From NCBI GenBank assembly GCA_036513735.1, contig DATBYL010000308.1, positions 1-33,175 of the forward strand: a DNA stretch of 33,175 bases, read 5' to 3'. Positions 9,573 to 19,495 of this stretch are shown piece by piece. Every line of letters begins with the position of its first letter. Position 1 is the first letter of the stretch. This DNA comes from Candidatus Acidiferrales bacterium. Its GTDB lineage: Bacteria; Acidobacteriota; Terriglobia; Acidiferrales; UBA7541. Made by a program: the position numbers and the translations under genes. A model generated the notes under the pieces. The model searched no databases. It was not told the DNA's origin and saw nothing but the letters and a program-made list of their open reading frames with translations.

Positions 9573-11150
9573 ATGTCCAAGCGACCGCGACCAATTATTT
9601 TGACTGTCCTCGACGGCTGGGGTTTTCGCGCCGAATCCGCAGGCAATGCCATCGCCCTAGCGCGCAAACCGAATTACGATGAACTCCTACGCAAATTTCC
9701 CAACACTCTGATTCACACTTCCGGAAAATATGTCGGCCTGCCGGATGGGCAAATGGGCAACAGCGAAGTCGGCCATCTAAATATCGGCGCCGGCCGCATC
9801 ATTCACATGGATAGCACCAAGCTCGACTTGATGATTCAGAGCGGAGAAATTTTCCACAACTCCGTTCTGCTCGATGCCATGGCCCACGGCCGCACGCGTC
9901 AACTTCATTTGATCGGATTGCTTAGCGATGGTGGCGTTCACTCGCACATTGACCACCTTTTCGCGCTTCTCAAAATGGCGCGCGAACAAAGTGTCGAGCG
10001 CGTGTTCGTCCACTGCTTCATGGACGGGCGCGACACCCCTCCGCACAGCGGTGCGGAATTTCTCGATCAGTTGCAGCACAATTTGCTGGAATTTCAAGCC
10101 GGGCAAATCGCCAGCGTCACCGGGCGCTATTTCGCGATGGATCGCGATAATCGCTGGGAGCGCATCGAGCGCGCCTATCGCGCCATGGTTCACGGTGACG
10201 CGCCCGTCCGAGTGGTCGACCCGATCGCCGCCGTTCGCGCCAGCTACGACCGCGGCACCTCCGACGAATTCATCGAGCCAATTGTTGTTACGAAACCCAT
10301 TCCCGCCGGCGAATCCGGCAGCGGCAAGCCTGTCGCCACAATTCGCGATGAAGACTCCGTCATCTTCTACAATTTCCGCGCCGATCGCGCCCGCCAAATG
10401 ACGCGCGCTCTTTCCGAACCGGGCTTCGAAAAATTTTCCGACCCGTCGCGCCCGAAAAACCTTCTCTTCACCGGCATCACGCAATATGACAAAACTTTCT
10501 CCTGGATGAAATTCCTGCTCACCCAGGACAGACTCGATCACATCCTCGCGCAGGTTTTCGCCGATATGAACTTCAAAAACCTGCGCGTCGCCGAAACCGA
10601 AAAATATGCGCACGTGACTTATTTTTTCAATGGTGGAGTGGAAAAGCCTTTCGGCGGCGAAGAACGCATCCTCGTGCCATCGCCAAAAGTTCCGACCTAC
10701 GATTTGAAGCCCGAAATGAGCGCCGCGGGTATCGCCGACGCCGTAACCAACGCGATTCGCAAAGGCGATTTCGACGCCATTATCATGAATTTCGCGAACG
10801 CCGATATGGTCGGCCACTCCGGAAATCTCGACGCCACAATCAAAGCCGTCGAAACTGTCGACGCCTGCCTCGGCCAAATTCGCCAAGCGCTAAATGACGC
10901 CGGCGATACCGCATGGCTAATCACCGCCGATCACGGCAACGCCGAAACAATGATCGATCCGCGCACCGGCGGCCCGCACACCTATCACACAACAAATCCG
11001 GTGCCGTTTATTTTCGTTTCCAATGATTCAAATGCACAAGTACGCGCGAACGGATCGCTCCAGGATATTTCGCCCACAATTTTAGGCGCCCTCGGCATTC
11101 AAGAGCCAATCGAAATGACCGGCCATGATTTGCGTGAGCCCGTGGAATAA
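9573..11150 (+). CDS. gpmI: 2,3-bisphosphoglycerate-independent phosphoglycerate mutase
   Basis: 525 aa with the motifs [38 protein letters not shown] and ITADHGNAE. The start is 1 nt after the eno stop. Confidence 0.95.
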   Translation: MSKRPRPIILTVLDGWGFRAESAGNAIALARKPNYDELLRKFPNTLIHTSGKYVGLPDGQMGNSEVGHLNIGAGRIIHMDSTKLDLMIQSGEIFHNSVLLDAMAHGRTRQLHLIGLLSDGGVHSHIDHLFALLKMAREQSVERVFVHCFMDGRDTPPHSGAEFLDQLQHNLLEFQAGQIASVTGRYFAMDRDNRWERIERAYRAMVHGDAPVRVVDPIAAVRASYDRGTSDEFIEPIVVTKPIPAGESGSGKPVATIRDEDSVIFYNFRADRARQMTRALSEPGFEKFSDPSRPKNLLFTGITQYDKTFSWMKFLLTQDRLDHILAQVFADMNFKNLRVAETEKYAHVTYFFNGGVEKPFGGEERILVPSPKVPTYDLKPEMSAAGIADAVTNAIRKGDFDAIIMNFANADMVGHSGNLDATIKAVETVDACLGQIRQALNDAGDTAWLITADHGNAETMIDPRTGGPHTYHTTNPVPFIFVSNDSNAQVRANGSLQDISPTILGALGIQEPIEMTGHDLREPVE

Positions 11151-11152
11151 AA

Positions 11153-12157
11153 ATGTCCGCGCCCCCATCTCCAAATGAAACTAAAGTCGTCCTGTGTGTG
11201 CAATTTAATTTTACTTTCTGGACCATTCCGCCCGAGCTTCCAGCGGCATTACAAAATCGCTGGCCGGAAATGCGCGTGATGCACGTGAAGTCATACGACG
11301 CCCTCCCCGCCGAACTTCCCGATACAGATATTTTCGTCGGCTTCAATCTGCTGCCCAAGCAACTCGCCGTCGCGCGCAAATTAAAGTGGATTCACATCAC
11401 TTCGGCGGGCGTTTCCCAAATGATGCGCCCGGACGTGCAAACCACAGGCGTCGTCATCACCAATGCGCGCGGCATTCACGCCATTCCAATGGCCGAACAC
11501 ACGATGGGCGCAATGCTCGCGCTAGCCCGAAAATTTCCGGACACTGTGCATTATCAGGACGCGAAAGTTTGGGCGCAGGAACAGATTTGGCGATCGCGTC
11601 CGTCCGAACTTCACGGCGCAACTTTATTGATCGTCGGCCTCGGCACAATCGGCGGCGAAATCGCGCGTCGCGCCCGCGCATTCGGAATGCGCATCGAAGC
11701 CGTTACGCGCTCGGGCCATGGTGACGCATCATTGGCCGACAAAATTTATCCCGCATCGCAACTTCTTCAGGCCTTCCCGCAGGCCGACTACATCGTCCTC
11801 GCCGCGCCAGACACTCCCGAAACGCAGCGCATGATCGGCGCGCGCGAATTAAAATCAATGAAGCCGACCGCATATTTATTGAATATCGGACGCGGCTCTT
11901 TGGTGGATGAAGCGGCGTTAATCGACGCGCTTCAACAAAGCACAATCGCAGGTGCCGCGCTCGACGTAATGGAAAAAGAACCGTTGCCTCAGGAAAGTCC
12001 GCTCTGGCAAATGAAGAATGTTTTTATCTCTCCGCATATCAGCGCCGTAAGCCAATTGCTCTGGCCGCGCCAAACGGAATTGTTAATCGAAAATCTCGAA
12101 CGCTGGTTCAGCGGCCGCGAATTGAAGAACATTGTCGACACCACGCGCGGCTACTAA
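11153..12157 (+). CDS. D-isomer-specific 2-hydroxyacid dehydrogenase family protein (NAD-binding)
   Basis: 334 aa. The Rossmann motif is IVGLGTIGGEIARRA. Also present are LNIGRGSLVDEAAL, AALDV and SPHIS, which carry the catalytic His, Glu and Arg region. The start is 2 nt after the gpmI stop. Confidence 0.85.
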   Translation: MSAPPSPNETKVVLCVQFNFTFWTIPPELPAALQNRWPEMRVMHVKSYDALPAELPDTDIFVGFNLLPKQLAVARKLKWIHITSAGVSQMMRPDVQTTGVVITNARGIHAIPMAEHTMGAMLALARKFPDTVHYQDAKVWAQEQIWRSRPSELHGATLLIVGLGTIGGEIARRARAFGMRIEAVTRSGHGDASLADKIYPASQLLQAFPQADYIVLAAPDTPETQRMIGARELKSMKPTAYLLNIGRGSLVDEAALIDALQQSTIAGAALDVMEKEPLPQESPLWQMKNVFISPHISAVSQLLWPRQTELLIENLERWFSGRELKNIVDTTRGY

Positions 12158-12169
12158 CTCACGCACGCT

Positions 12170-13261
12170 CTAATCGCCACTGGCACTCTTGGCCGCCGTA
12201 TATCCCTGCCGCGCATACACAACAAACTTCACCTTCTTGCCTTTCTGATTCGTCACCACCATCGGCGTGCCGTCGGCGTTCACCAACTCAACTTTAATCT
12301 TGTGATATTTTCCGTCCTGCGAAGTCGGCGCGTATCCCAGGCTGTACTGATTGCGAAGACTTGCCGCAATCGTACGCATGATTTCCGGAATCTGTCCGTC
12401 AAATTCCGGCGTCCAGGCCTGGCCTCCGGTTAGATCCGCGAAAACTTTCATCTGCTGTTGCGCCACTTGGCTTCGGATATTTCCGATACTGCTGCCGCCT
12501 GAAATAGCCGCGTTGGTGTCCACTATAAACTGGCTCGTTCCGATCGTATAAATTCCCACATCTGACTGGCGCACCAGCTTCATCGTGTTGTCGTACGTAA
12601 GTTTGCTGAATGTGTCGTAGCCCGACGCAACAACAAGGATTGTTTTCTTTCCTTTCACTTCCGCAAGCCGGTCAATCGTTTCACCAAGCGCATCGTACAG
12701 GCACGACTCGCTGTAAAGCGGCACCACCATACGATTAATTTCCTGCATTATTTCTCGGGGGTCGTGTGTGAAATCCACATCCACGCGCGTCTTCAAATCG
12801 AAATCTTCCAGCGCAATCCAGTCATCCTTTTTCAACTGGTTCAGAAAATTGGCCGCCCAGTATTTGCTCACCTGCGCGTAATAATTTCCCGTATAAAGGT
12901 GCGCTCTAAATTCGATCAGCAGCACGATTGTAATCGGCGCTTCGCCGGCTCCCGTAAAATTCGTAATAATTTGCGGCTTTCCGTCTTCCAGAATCCGGAA
13001 ATTTTCTTTCTTCAGCCCGGGCAAAAAATTCCCGTCGCCGTCCGTCACCACCGCGTCCACGTTCACAAGTTGCGCGTTCACGCTGATTTGATAATTTCCC
13101 TGCGGCGCTGGCTGGCCCTGCTGCTGCGTTGGCGGCGGTGGAGCTTGCTGACCCTGCGCCTGCGCGGGAATCGCCGCCGCCGCGTGCATTCCATGCGGCG
13201 AAACAATAATGATAAGCGTCAGGACGATCAGTATCGCGGACTGCAAAATAACTCGCTTCAT
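12170..13261 (-). CDS. Secreted VWA-domain protein with the acidobacterial-type N-terminal domain
   Basis: 363 aa with a signal peptide and a P/Q-rich linker (AQGQQAPPPPTQQQGQPAPQG). This is followed by VNAQLVNVDAVVTDGDGNFLPGLKKENFRILEDGKPQIITNF. That stretch matches my memory of the VWFA-related Acidobacterial domain. A VWA-like core (ITIVLLIE..., ILVVASGYD) follows. Confidence 0.75.
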   Translation of the reverse strand: MKRVILQSAILIVLTLIIIVSPHGMHAAAAIPAQAQGQQAPPPPTQQQGQPAPQGNYQISVNAQLVNVDAVVTDGDGNFLPGLKKENFRILEDGKPQIITNFTGAGEAPITIVLLIEFRAHLYTGNYYAQVSKYWAANFLNQLKKDDWIALEDFDLKTRVDVDFTHDPREIMQEINRMVVPLYSESCLYDALGETIDRLAEVKGKKTILVVASGYDTFSKLTYDNTMKLVRQSDVGIYTIGTSQFIVDTNAAISGGSSIGNIRSQVAQQQMKVFADLTGGQAWTPEFDGQIPEIMRTIAASLRNQYSLGYAPTSQDGKYHKIKVELVNADGTPMVVTNQKGKKVKFVVYARQGYTAAKSASGD

Positions 13262-13429
13262 ATTTGTGCCTCGTTTATGAATTCAATGCTCCCACGAATT
13301 GCGGACTTGTTCAATTCTCTAACGGCTTTTCCGAAACACACGTCCGACTCGTCCCCGGCCGTTCCCAACCAGCATGATAATATGATTCGCGTGCTCACGA
13401 AGAGGTTTCCTAGCCGGAGGCTACGACGA

Positions 13430-14878
13430 ATGCTTCGCCGTCCCTTTTTGCCGATTTGCATAGCGGTCTTCTTCAGTCTCGCGTTGACCAGCGCCGCCTC
13501 CGCGCAAACCACTCCCGGAATTCCGTCCCCGGCCAGCGCGCCGAACATGGGCACGCTGCCTCAGGAATCCATCGCGTGGCTCGAAGGACTCATCCGCATT
13601 AACACTACAAATCCTCCGGGAAATGAACTCGCCGCGGCAAATTACATCGCCGCCATTTTGGAAAAAGAAGGCATTCCGCACGAAGTGATTGAAATTACTC
13701 CCGGCCGCGGAATTGTCATCGGCCGTCTGAACGCTTCCGTGATGCCCGACGCTTCGCGCAGTCTTCTTCTCCTCGCGCATTTGGATGTCGTCGGCGTCAC
13801 TCGTGAAAAATGGACTGTCGATCCTTTCGCCGCCGTCACGCAAAACGGTTATCTCTACGGCCGCGGAACCATTGACGACAAGAGTATGGTCATCGCGAAT
13901 CTCGCGGCCATCATTGCGCTGAAACGAAACGCAGTTCCGCTTCAGCGCGATGTAATTTTTCTTGCCGACGATGACGAGGAGCAAGGCGGCGACGCCAGCA
14001 TCAAAGCCGTCATCGCAAAACATTGGGACAAAATCGCATCCGGATTCGCCATCAACGAAGAAGGCCGCGTAATCACAAAAAATGGCAAGCCGCTTTACGT
14101 CGGCATTCAGACCAGCGAAAAAGTTTCCATGAATGTCACCGTGATTTGCACCGGCACTTCCGGCCACGCCTCCATGCCGCGTCCCGATAACGCCGTCGTC
14201 CATTTGTCACAGGCCATCGCAAAAATCGGCGATTACGAGACTCCCATCAAATTTATTCCGGAAACAGAACGCTTTTTCGAGCAGCTCGCCAGGGTCGAAG
14301 ATGACGAGACCGCCAAATGGATTCGCGCGCTCGAACAACCGTCGCGTCAAAGTCTCGCCGTGAAGCGCGTTTCTGAAATGAATCCCGCGTGGAATTCCAT
14401 GATGCGCGATACCATCGCGCCCACGATGCTGGAAGCCGGCGTGCGCTTGAACGTAATTCCGTCCGAAGCCCGCGCCAATTTAAATGTTCGCCTGCTTCCC
14501 GGCGACTCGATCAATGACGTGCTCGCCGATCTGAAAAAAGTCGTGAACGATCCGCAAATTCGTTTTGAAGTTGTTCAGAACGGAGGGACGCCTTCGCCGC
14601 CGTCGTCGCTCGAATCGCCGCTATACAAAACGATTCAGCTGGCAAGCGAACAGGAATTTCCCGGCATCGTCACGATGCCTTACATGAGCACCGGCGCCAC
14701 CGATTCCGCGCAGCTCCGCCTACACAACGTGCAAGCCTACGGCCTGCTTCCCTTTCCGCTCGCTGAAGAAGACGTACTGCGCATGCACGCCGATGACGAA
14801 CGCATTCCGCTCGATTCGTTTCGCAAGGGCGTCGAATTTCTCTATCGCATCGTCAATGATTTCGTAGCGCGAAGATAA
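13430..14878 (+). CDS. Secreted M20-family metallopeptidase (ArgE/DapE/CPG2-like)
   Basis: The track ORF starts at 12764 and overlaps the VWA gene. I prefer the ATG at 13430, which follows CCGGAGG with a 9-nt spacer. The signal peptide is MLRRPFLPICIAVFFSLALTSAASA. Motifs are LLLAHLDVV, YGRGTIDDK, DDDEEQGG and TGTSGHASMP. Confidence 0.85.
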   Translation: MLRRPFLPICIAVFFSLALTSAASAQTTPGIPSPASAPNMGTLPQESIAWLEGLIRINTTNPPGNELAAANYIAAILEKEGIPHEVIEITPGRGIVIGRLNASVMPDASRSLLLLAHLDVVGVTREKWTVDPFAAVTQNGYLYGRGTIDDKSMVIANLAAIIALKRNAVPLQRDVIFLADDDEEQGGDASIKAVIAKHWDKIASGFAINEEGRVITKNGKPLYVGIQTSEKVSMNVTVICTGTSGHASMPRPDNAVVHLSQAIAKIGDYETPIKFIPETERFFEQLARVEDDETAKWIRALEQPSRQSLAVKRVSEMNPAWNSMMRDTIAPTMLEAGVRLNVIPSEARANLNVRLLPGDSINDVLADLKKVVNDPQIRFEVVQNGGTPSPPSSLESPLYKTIQLASEQEFPGIVTMPYMSTGATDSAQLRLHNVQAYGLLPFPLAEEDVLRMHADDERIPLDSFRKGVEFLYRIVNDFVARR

Positions 14879-14882
14879 ATAA

Positions 14883-16325
14883 ATGTCTCGCTCTACAAAC
14901 TTGCAAATGGATTTCCGTCGCTCAAAAATTGTTTGCACTCTGGGTCCCGCCACGGACTCCCGGCGCATGATCGCGCAACTCGTGCGCTCCGGAATGGACG
15001 TAGCCCGTCTGAATTTTTCTCACGGCGCTCACGTGTGGCACGCGCGAATGATCACTCTTCTTCGCGAAGCTTCTTCGACGATGAAAAAACCTCTCGCCAT
15101 CTTGGCCGATCTTGGCGGACCGAAAATTCGCACCGGCACGCTCGTCGGCGGTGTGCGCATCATGCTTCACTCCGGCCAGCGCTTCACAATTTCTACCGGC
15201 AACAAGCCCGGCGATGTCTCAGGAATTTCCACCACGTTTCGCGCTCTGCCAAAAGAAGTTCATCGCGGCGGACGCATTCTTCTCGCCGATGGACTCATCG
15301 AGTTGCGCGTCACCTCCGTGCGCCGAAATGAAATTATTTGTGAAGTCGTGAACGGTGGTGAACTCGGCGAGCATCAGGGAATTAATTTGCCCGGTGCGGA
15401 ATTGAAAGTTCCATCTCTTCTGCCCAAAGACTATGACGATCTAAGTTTCGCGCTGAAGCATGGCGTGAATTATGTCGCCGTCAGTTTCGTGCGCCGTCCG
15501 CAGGATGTGGAAGCCGCACGCCGCGCCATAAAACGCGCCGGAATGGATACTCCCATCATCGCCAAGCTCGAAAAGCCGCAGGCCATCGCAAATCTCGACG
15601 CAATTCTTGACGTCGCCGATGGCGTGATGGTTGCTCGCGGCGATCTCGGCGTTGAAATGAGCCCCGAAGTTGTTCCCGTGCTGCAAAAGAAAATTATCGA
15701 ACGCGCTCGCGACGCTCGCCGCCCGGTAATCACCGCAACGCAAATGCTCGAATCCATGACGGAAAATCCGCGCCCCACTCGCGCCGAAGCCAGCGACGTT
15801 GCCAACGCCGTTCTCGACGGCAGCGACGCCCTTATGCTTTCCGGAGAAACTGCGCGCGGCCGTTATCCCATCGAAGCCGTGCAAATGATGGATCGAATTA
15901 TTCGCGAAGCCGAATCCAGTATCACAAATTTTTTACATCCTCACGAAGCAAAATGGGATGTCCCCGAAACCACCGCCGAACTGATTTGCCACGCTTCCGA
16001 AGAATTGCAAATGAAAGTGATCGCGGTTTTCACGGAGACGGGTTCAACCGCGCGCTTGATTTCGCAGCATCGTCCGCGCCCGCAAATTATCGCCTTCACT
16101 CCGTTTGCGGAAACTCGCCGCCGCCTCGCGCTTCTTTGGGGAGTTTTGCCGCGCACAATTTCCCGCATCCGCGATATTGATGGCCTTGCCGCCGTCACAG
16201 AAAAGCGTCTTCTCGACGAGGGCCTCGCGCAGCGCGGCGATGTTGTCGGAATTGTGGCAGGCACGCCGCTGGGCAGCCGTGGCACTACAAATTTCATAAA
16301 ACTCCACGTAATTCCCCGCCGCTAA
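14883..16325 (+). CDS. pyk: Pyruvate kinase
   Basis: 480 aa with the motifs KIVCTLGPA, ARLNFSHG, MVARGDLGVE, TQMLESM and MLSGETA. The start is 4 nt after the M20 stop. An alternative ATG lies at 14907. Confidence 0.95.
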   Translation: MSRSTNLQMDFRRSKIVCTLGPATDSRRMIAQLVRSGMDVARLNFSHGAHVWHARMITLLREASSTMKKPLAILADLGGPKIRTGTLVGGVRIMLHSGQRFTISTGNKPGDVSGISTTFRALPKEVHRGGRILLADGLIELRVTSVRRNEIICEVVNGGELGEHQGINLPGAELKVPSLLPKDYDDLSFALKHGVNYVAVSFVRRPQDVEAARRAIKRAGMDTPIIAKLEKPQAIANLDAILDVADGVMVARGDLGVEMSPEVVPVLQKKIIERARDARRPVITATQMLESMTENPRPTRAEASDVANAVLDGSDALMLSGETARGRYPIEAVQMMDRIIREAESSITNFLHPHEAKWDVPETTAELICHASEELQMKVIAVFTETGSTARLISQHRPRPQIIAFTPFAETRRRLALLWGVLPRTISRIRDIDGLAAVTEKRLLDEGLAQRGDVVGIVAGTPLGSRGTTNFIKLHVIPRR

Positions 16326-16393
16326 TTCTCACTTTTCAATTCGAATGGATTTGTTCGAAACGAATTCGCTAACCTCGTGGCATTGCACCACTT

Positions 16394-16419
16394 AAAATTG
16401 TTCCACGTGGAACAATTTT
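16394..16419. promoter_or_regulatory. parS-like centromere site 1 (ParB-binding consensus)
   Basis: A 26-bp perfect palindrome, AAAATTGTTCCACGTGGAACAATTTT. The core TGTTCCACGTGGAACA (16399-16414) differs at 1 position from the B. subtilis parS TGTTCCACGTGAAACA. It also fits the pan-bacterial tGTTNCACGTGAAACa half-site pattern. Confidence 0.75.
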
Positions 16420-16438
16420 GATTTTACAAACACGCGCA

Positions 16439-16464
16439 CAAATTGTTTCACGTGAAACAATTTG
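16439..16464. promoter_or_regulatory. parS-like centromere site 2 (perfect palindromic parS consensus)
   Basis: A 26-bp perfect palindrome, CAAATTGTTTCACGTGAAACAATTTG. The core TGTTTCACGTGAAACA lies at 16444-16459. The centre is 45 bp from the centre of site 1. Confidence 0.8.
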
Positions 16465-16473
16465 ATCGGCATC

Positions 16474-17286
16474 TCAATTCACCCATCGATCCGGCGGCGC
16501 AGGCGGTTCCCCGCTCTTCTTCCGCATATAAACCTGAAATTTCCGCATATTCCGTTTCCGCTTCCAATCGGAAATCTCATTTCGCGCTCCGGAAAAAAAT
16601 GTTCCGCGCCGCAAATAAAGATATCCCACCAACATTCCGCCCAAATGCGAAATGTGGCTCACGTTATCGCCGCTCGAACGAATCTCGCTCAAAAATTCGA
16701 TTCCGGCAATGATCGCCACCAGCCATCGCATTGAGATTGCAATCGGCAACGGAAATATAAACGCTTGCCGGTCGGGGAAAAGGATTCCGCACGCGATCAG
16801 CACTCCGTAAATCGCGCCGGAAGCGCCGATCGTCGGCACGTAGGACGGTGCCTGATGCCACGCCATCGGCAAAATTCCCGCTGCCACGTTCACGAGCCCC
16901 GCGCCAACTCCACAAATGAAGAAATAATTCAGGAATCGACGCGTTCCCCACACCGGCTCCAGCATTCTGCCGAAACTCCACAGCACAAACATGTTCAGGA
17001 TGATGTGCAGCAGGTCACTCAAGGAGTGAAGAAAAATGTACGTGAAAGGCTGCCAGATTCTTCCCAGAAAAACGACGGCGGCGGGAATCAGTCCAAACCA
17101 TTTCAGCAGCCAATCGCTGCCGCGCTGCCCAAACTCAAGCGAGATTAAATATTCCGCCGCAAAAACCGCAACCATTGATATCAGCAGGAATTTCAAACCA
17201 GGCATGAGAGGCTCGCCGCCGCCAAACTGGAAGCGCGAGCCTGAACTTCCGTACGAGCCACCGTATCTGCGCGATGCCATAGCCAT
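16474..17286 (-). CDS. Rhomboid-family intramembrane serine protease
   Basis: 270 aa and polytopic. Motifs are HSLSDLLHIILNMFVLW, the catalytic GASGAIYGVL and HISHLGGMLVGY. Confidence 0.88.
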   Translation of the reverse strand: MAMASRRYGGSYGSSGSRFQFGGGEPLMPGLKFLLISMVAVFAAEYLISLEFGQRGSDWLLKWFGLIPAAVVFLGRIWQPFTYIFLHSLSDLLHIILNMFVLWSFGRMLEPVWGTRRFLNYFFICGVGAGLVNVAAGILPMAWHQAPSYVPTIGASGAIYGVLIACGILFPDRQAFIFPLPIAISMRWLVAIIAGIEFLSEIRSSGDNVSHISHLGGMLVGYLYLRRGTFFSGARNEISDWKRKRNMRKFQVYMRKKSGEPPAPPDRWVN

Positions 17287-17344
17287 CTAGGTACAGTCTA
17301 GAAGCCGCCGCACCGCGATGTCAAAAGGTGTCCATCGCCACCCA

Positions 17345-19495
17345 CTAATCCAATTTCTTCCGCGCGAAAACAAACAACGAAGCCGCCAACGCCACAAAAA
17401 TAAATACGCCAGTCCAGGAATTATCAGCAAGCCCGCCAAGAATCTTCGGCCCAAATTTAAAATAGTCAACCCGCATCCAACCTTTATCTTCCAAAAGCTT
17501 AAAAATAATCGCCAGCAATCCGAAAATTCCTCCGGCCGCGATCAATCCGCTCGCATAAAGCGAACCCGGACTCACTTCGCTGTCCGATCCCTCTGCTTTT
17601 TCCTTCCCACGCTCAGCAAGCCAACGCACCAATCCCCCGGCAAATATCGCCATCGTCGTAGCGACGCTTAAATACGATCCCACCGCAAACGGCAGCGATC
17701 GTATCCCCAGCAATTCCACCGCAATCACCAGAAAAACTCCCAGCAGCACGAGACGCCACGGCAATCGCTGATTCAAAATTCCGTTAATCACCGTCGCCAT
17801 CAGCCGCGCCTGCGGAGCCGCCGCCTGATCGCTTCCAATTCCCTGCACCCATTGCACGTCAATCTTCTGTACAGCGGGATCGTAAAGATATTTACCATCC
17901 GGAAGTGACGTCGCTCCAATCGAATTCACCAGCACATAAGTTTTTCCGTCGTACACATAATTTTGCTGCTCGATACTCACACCCGCGGAAATTTCCTGAA
18001 TGTTGAAAGGAATATCCACTGGATTATATTTCGCCAATCCTTTATTCATCGCAATCAGCGTCAATCCAATCGCCACCGTCGAAACGCTCACTCCAATAAT
18101 CAATCCAATCTGCTGCCAGTACGGAGTAGCTCCCACCAAATGCCCGGTCTTCAAATCCTGTGAAGTAGCTCCGGCAATTGCCGACGCGATACAAACCACT
18201 CCACCGATCGTCAGCGCCAGCACCGCGTAAGGCGGCTGCTTCCATCCGACCACCAGAAACACCGCGCACGTCGCCATCAAAGTTGCAATTGTCATTCCGC
18301 TAATCGGATTGGAACTGTTCCCGATTAATCCGCTGATGCGCGACGCCACCGTCACAAACAAAAATCCAAACGTCACCACAATCAGCGCCGCAAAAATATT
18401 TGCGTACCACGTCGTCTGCGCGCCCGGTATCGGCCGGAACGTCAACATCATCCACGTCAGCACAATTATTCCCAGCGATCCGATCAATAAAAATTTGATC
18501 GGTAAATCGCGCTCAGTGCGCTCGCCGCCCGCTACCAGACCGCGCTCTTTGCGAACGTCCTTCAGACCTTGAGTCAATGCCGAAACAATCGTCGGAATTG
18601 TTTTCACCAACGTAATTAATCCCGCCGTCGCCACCGCCCCAGCGCCCATTGGACGTATGTAGCTCGACCACAATTGGTCCGGCGTCATCTGCGGAATCGG
18701 AATCGTGCTCGGATAGAGCGCCGCGTTCGGCGCCAACCCTCCGAAAAATTTAATCGCGGGCATCAACACAAACCACGAAAAAACTCCGCCCGCAAATAAT
18801 GTTCCCGCCACTTTCGGCCCGATGATGTATCCCACTCCCAAATATTCCGAAGTAATCGCCGCGCGCAATGACGCTCCCGGAAACCATCTCGGCCGATATT
18901 CCGGCTGCTGCGGCCACGCGCCCACGCTGTTCATCAAAAATGTGTAAACGCCGCCAAGCCCCAATCCCCAGAACACTCGGCTCGCAAACGATCCACCGCG
19001 CTCGCCCGCGACCAACACGTCCGCGCACGCCGTGCCCTCAGGAAACGAAAGCGCGCCGTGTTCCTTCACAATCAACTGCCTGCGCAACGGAATCATGAAA
19101 AGTACGCCTAGCCATCCGCCCAGCAGCGCCAGCATAAAAATTCGCGAATACTCCAGCGGAAATCCCAGGAAAATCAGCGCAGGCAAAGTAAAAATAACTC
19201 CCGCCGCCACGGACTCACCCGCCGACCCCACCGTCTGCACAATATTATTTTCTAAAATTGTCGCGCGCCCGAATGCCCGCAAAATACTAATGCTCAGCAC
19301 CGCAATCGGAATCGAAGCCGAAACCGTAAGCCCCGCGCGCAATCCCACGTAAACCGACACCGCGCCAAATAAAATTCCGAACAGCGCGCCCAGCAATACC
19401 GCGCGCAAACTGAACTCCGCCATTACAGTTCCCGCATCCACGTACGGACGAAAGTCCGCGGGTGGTGCGGTCGAACTCCAGGGCTTCGTAGCCAC
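17345..19495 (-). CDS. OPT-family oligopeptide transporter
   Basis: 716 aa with many TM segments. The N-terminus FRPYVDAGTVMAEFSLRAVLLGALFGILFGAVSVYVGLRAGLTVSASIPIAVLS is typical of bacterial OPT proteins. It has a GTG start preceded by GGGAGG. Confidence 0.88.
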   Translation of the reverse strand: MATKPWSSTAPPADFRPYVDAGTVMAEFSLRAVLLGALFGILFGAVSVYVGLRAGLTVSASIPIAVLSISILRAFGRATILENNIVQTVGSAGESVAAGVIFTLPALIFLGFPLEYSRIFMLALLGGWLGVLFMIPLRRQLIVKEHGALSFPEGTACADVLVAGERGGSFASRVFWGLGLGGVYTFLMNSVGAWPQQPEYRPRWFPGASLRAAITSEYLGVGYIIGPKVAGTLFAGGVFSWFVLMPAIKFFGGLAPNAALYPSTIPIPQMTPDQLWSSYIRPMGAGAVATAGLITLVKTIPTIVSALTQGLKDVRKERGLVAGGERTERDLPIKFLLIGSLGIIVLTWMMLTFRPIPGAQTTWYANIFAALIVVTFGFLFVTVASRISGLIGNSSNPISGMTIATLMATCAVFLVVGWKQPPYAVLALTIGGVVCIASAIAGATSQDLKTGHLVGATPYWQQIGLIIGVSVSTVAIGLTLIAMNKGLAKYNPVDIPFNIQEISAGVSIEQQNYVYDGKTYVLVNSIGATSLPDGKYLYDPAVQKIDVQWVQGIGSDQAAAPQARLMATVINGILNQRLPWRLVLLGVFLVIAVELLGIRSLPFAVGSYLSVATTMAIFAGGLVRWLAERGKEKAEGSDSEVSPGSLYASGLIAAGGIFGLLAIIFKLLEDKGWMRVDYFKFGPKILGGLADNSWTGVFIFVALAASLFVFARKKLD

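Noticed and set aside
9777-10886. 369-aa minus-strand ORF antisense to gpmI.
   Set aside because: gpmI on the plus strand has unmistakable conserved motifs. The antisense product is low-complexity (G/A/V/F/D-rich), as expected from codon-complement bias in GC-rich genes.
11275-11295. Other CACGTG-containing sequences (for example tgatgcacgtgaagtc near 11281, and others near 2091, 10611, 15031 and 21771) as additional parS sites.
   Set aside because: Each has 4 or more mismatches to the 16-bp parS consensus, and each lies inside a coding sequence.
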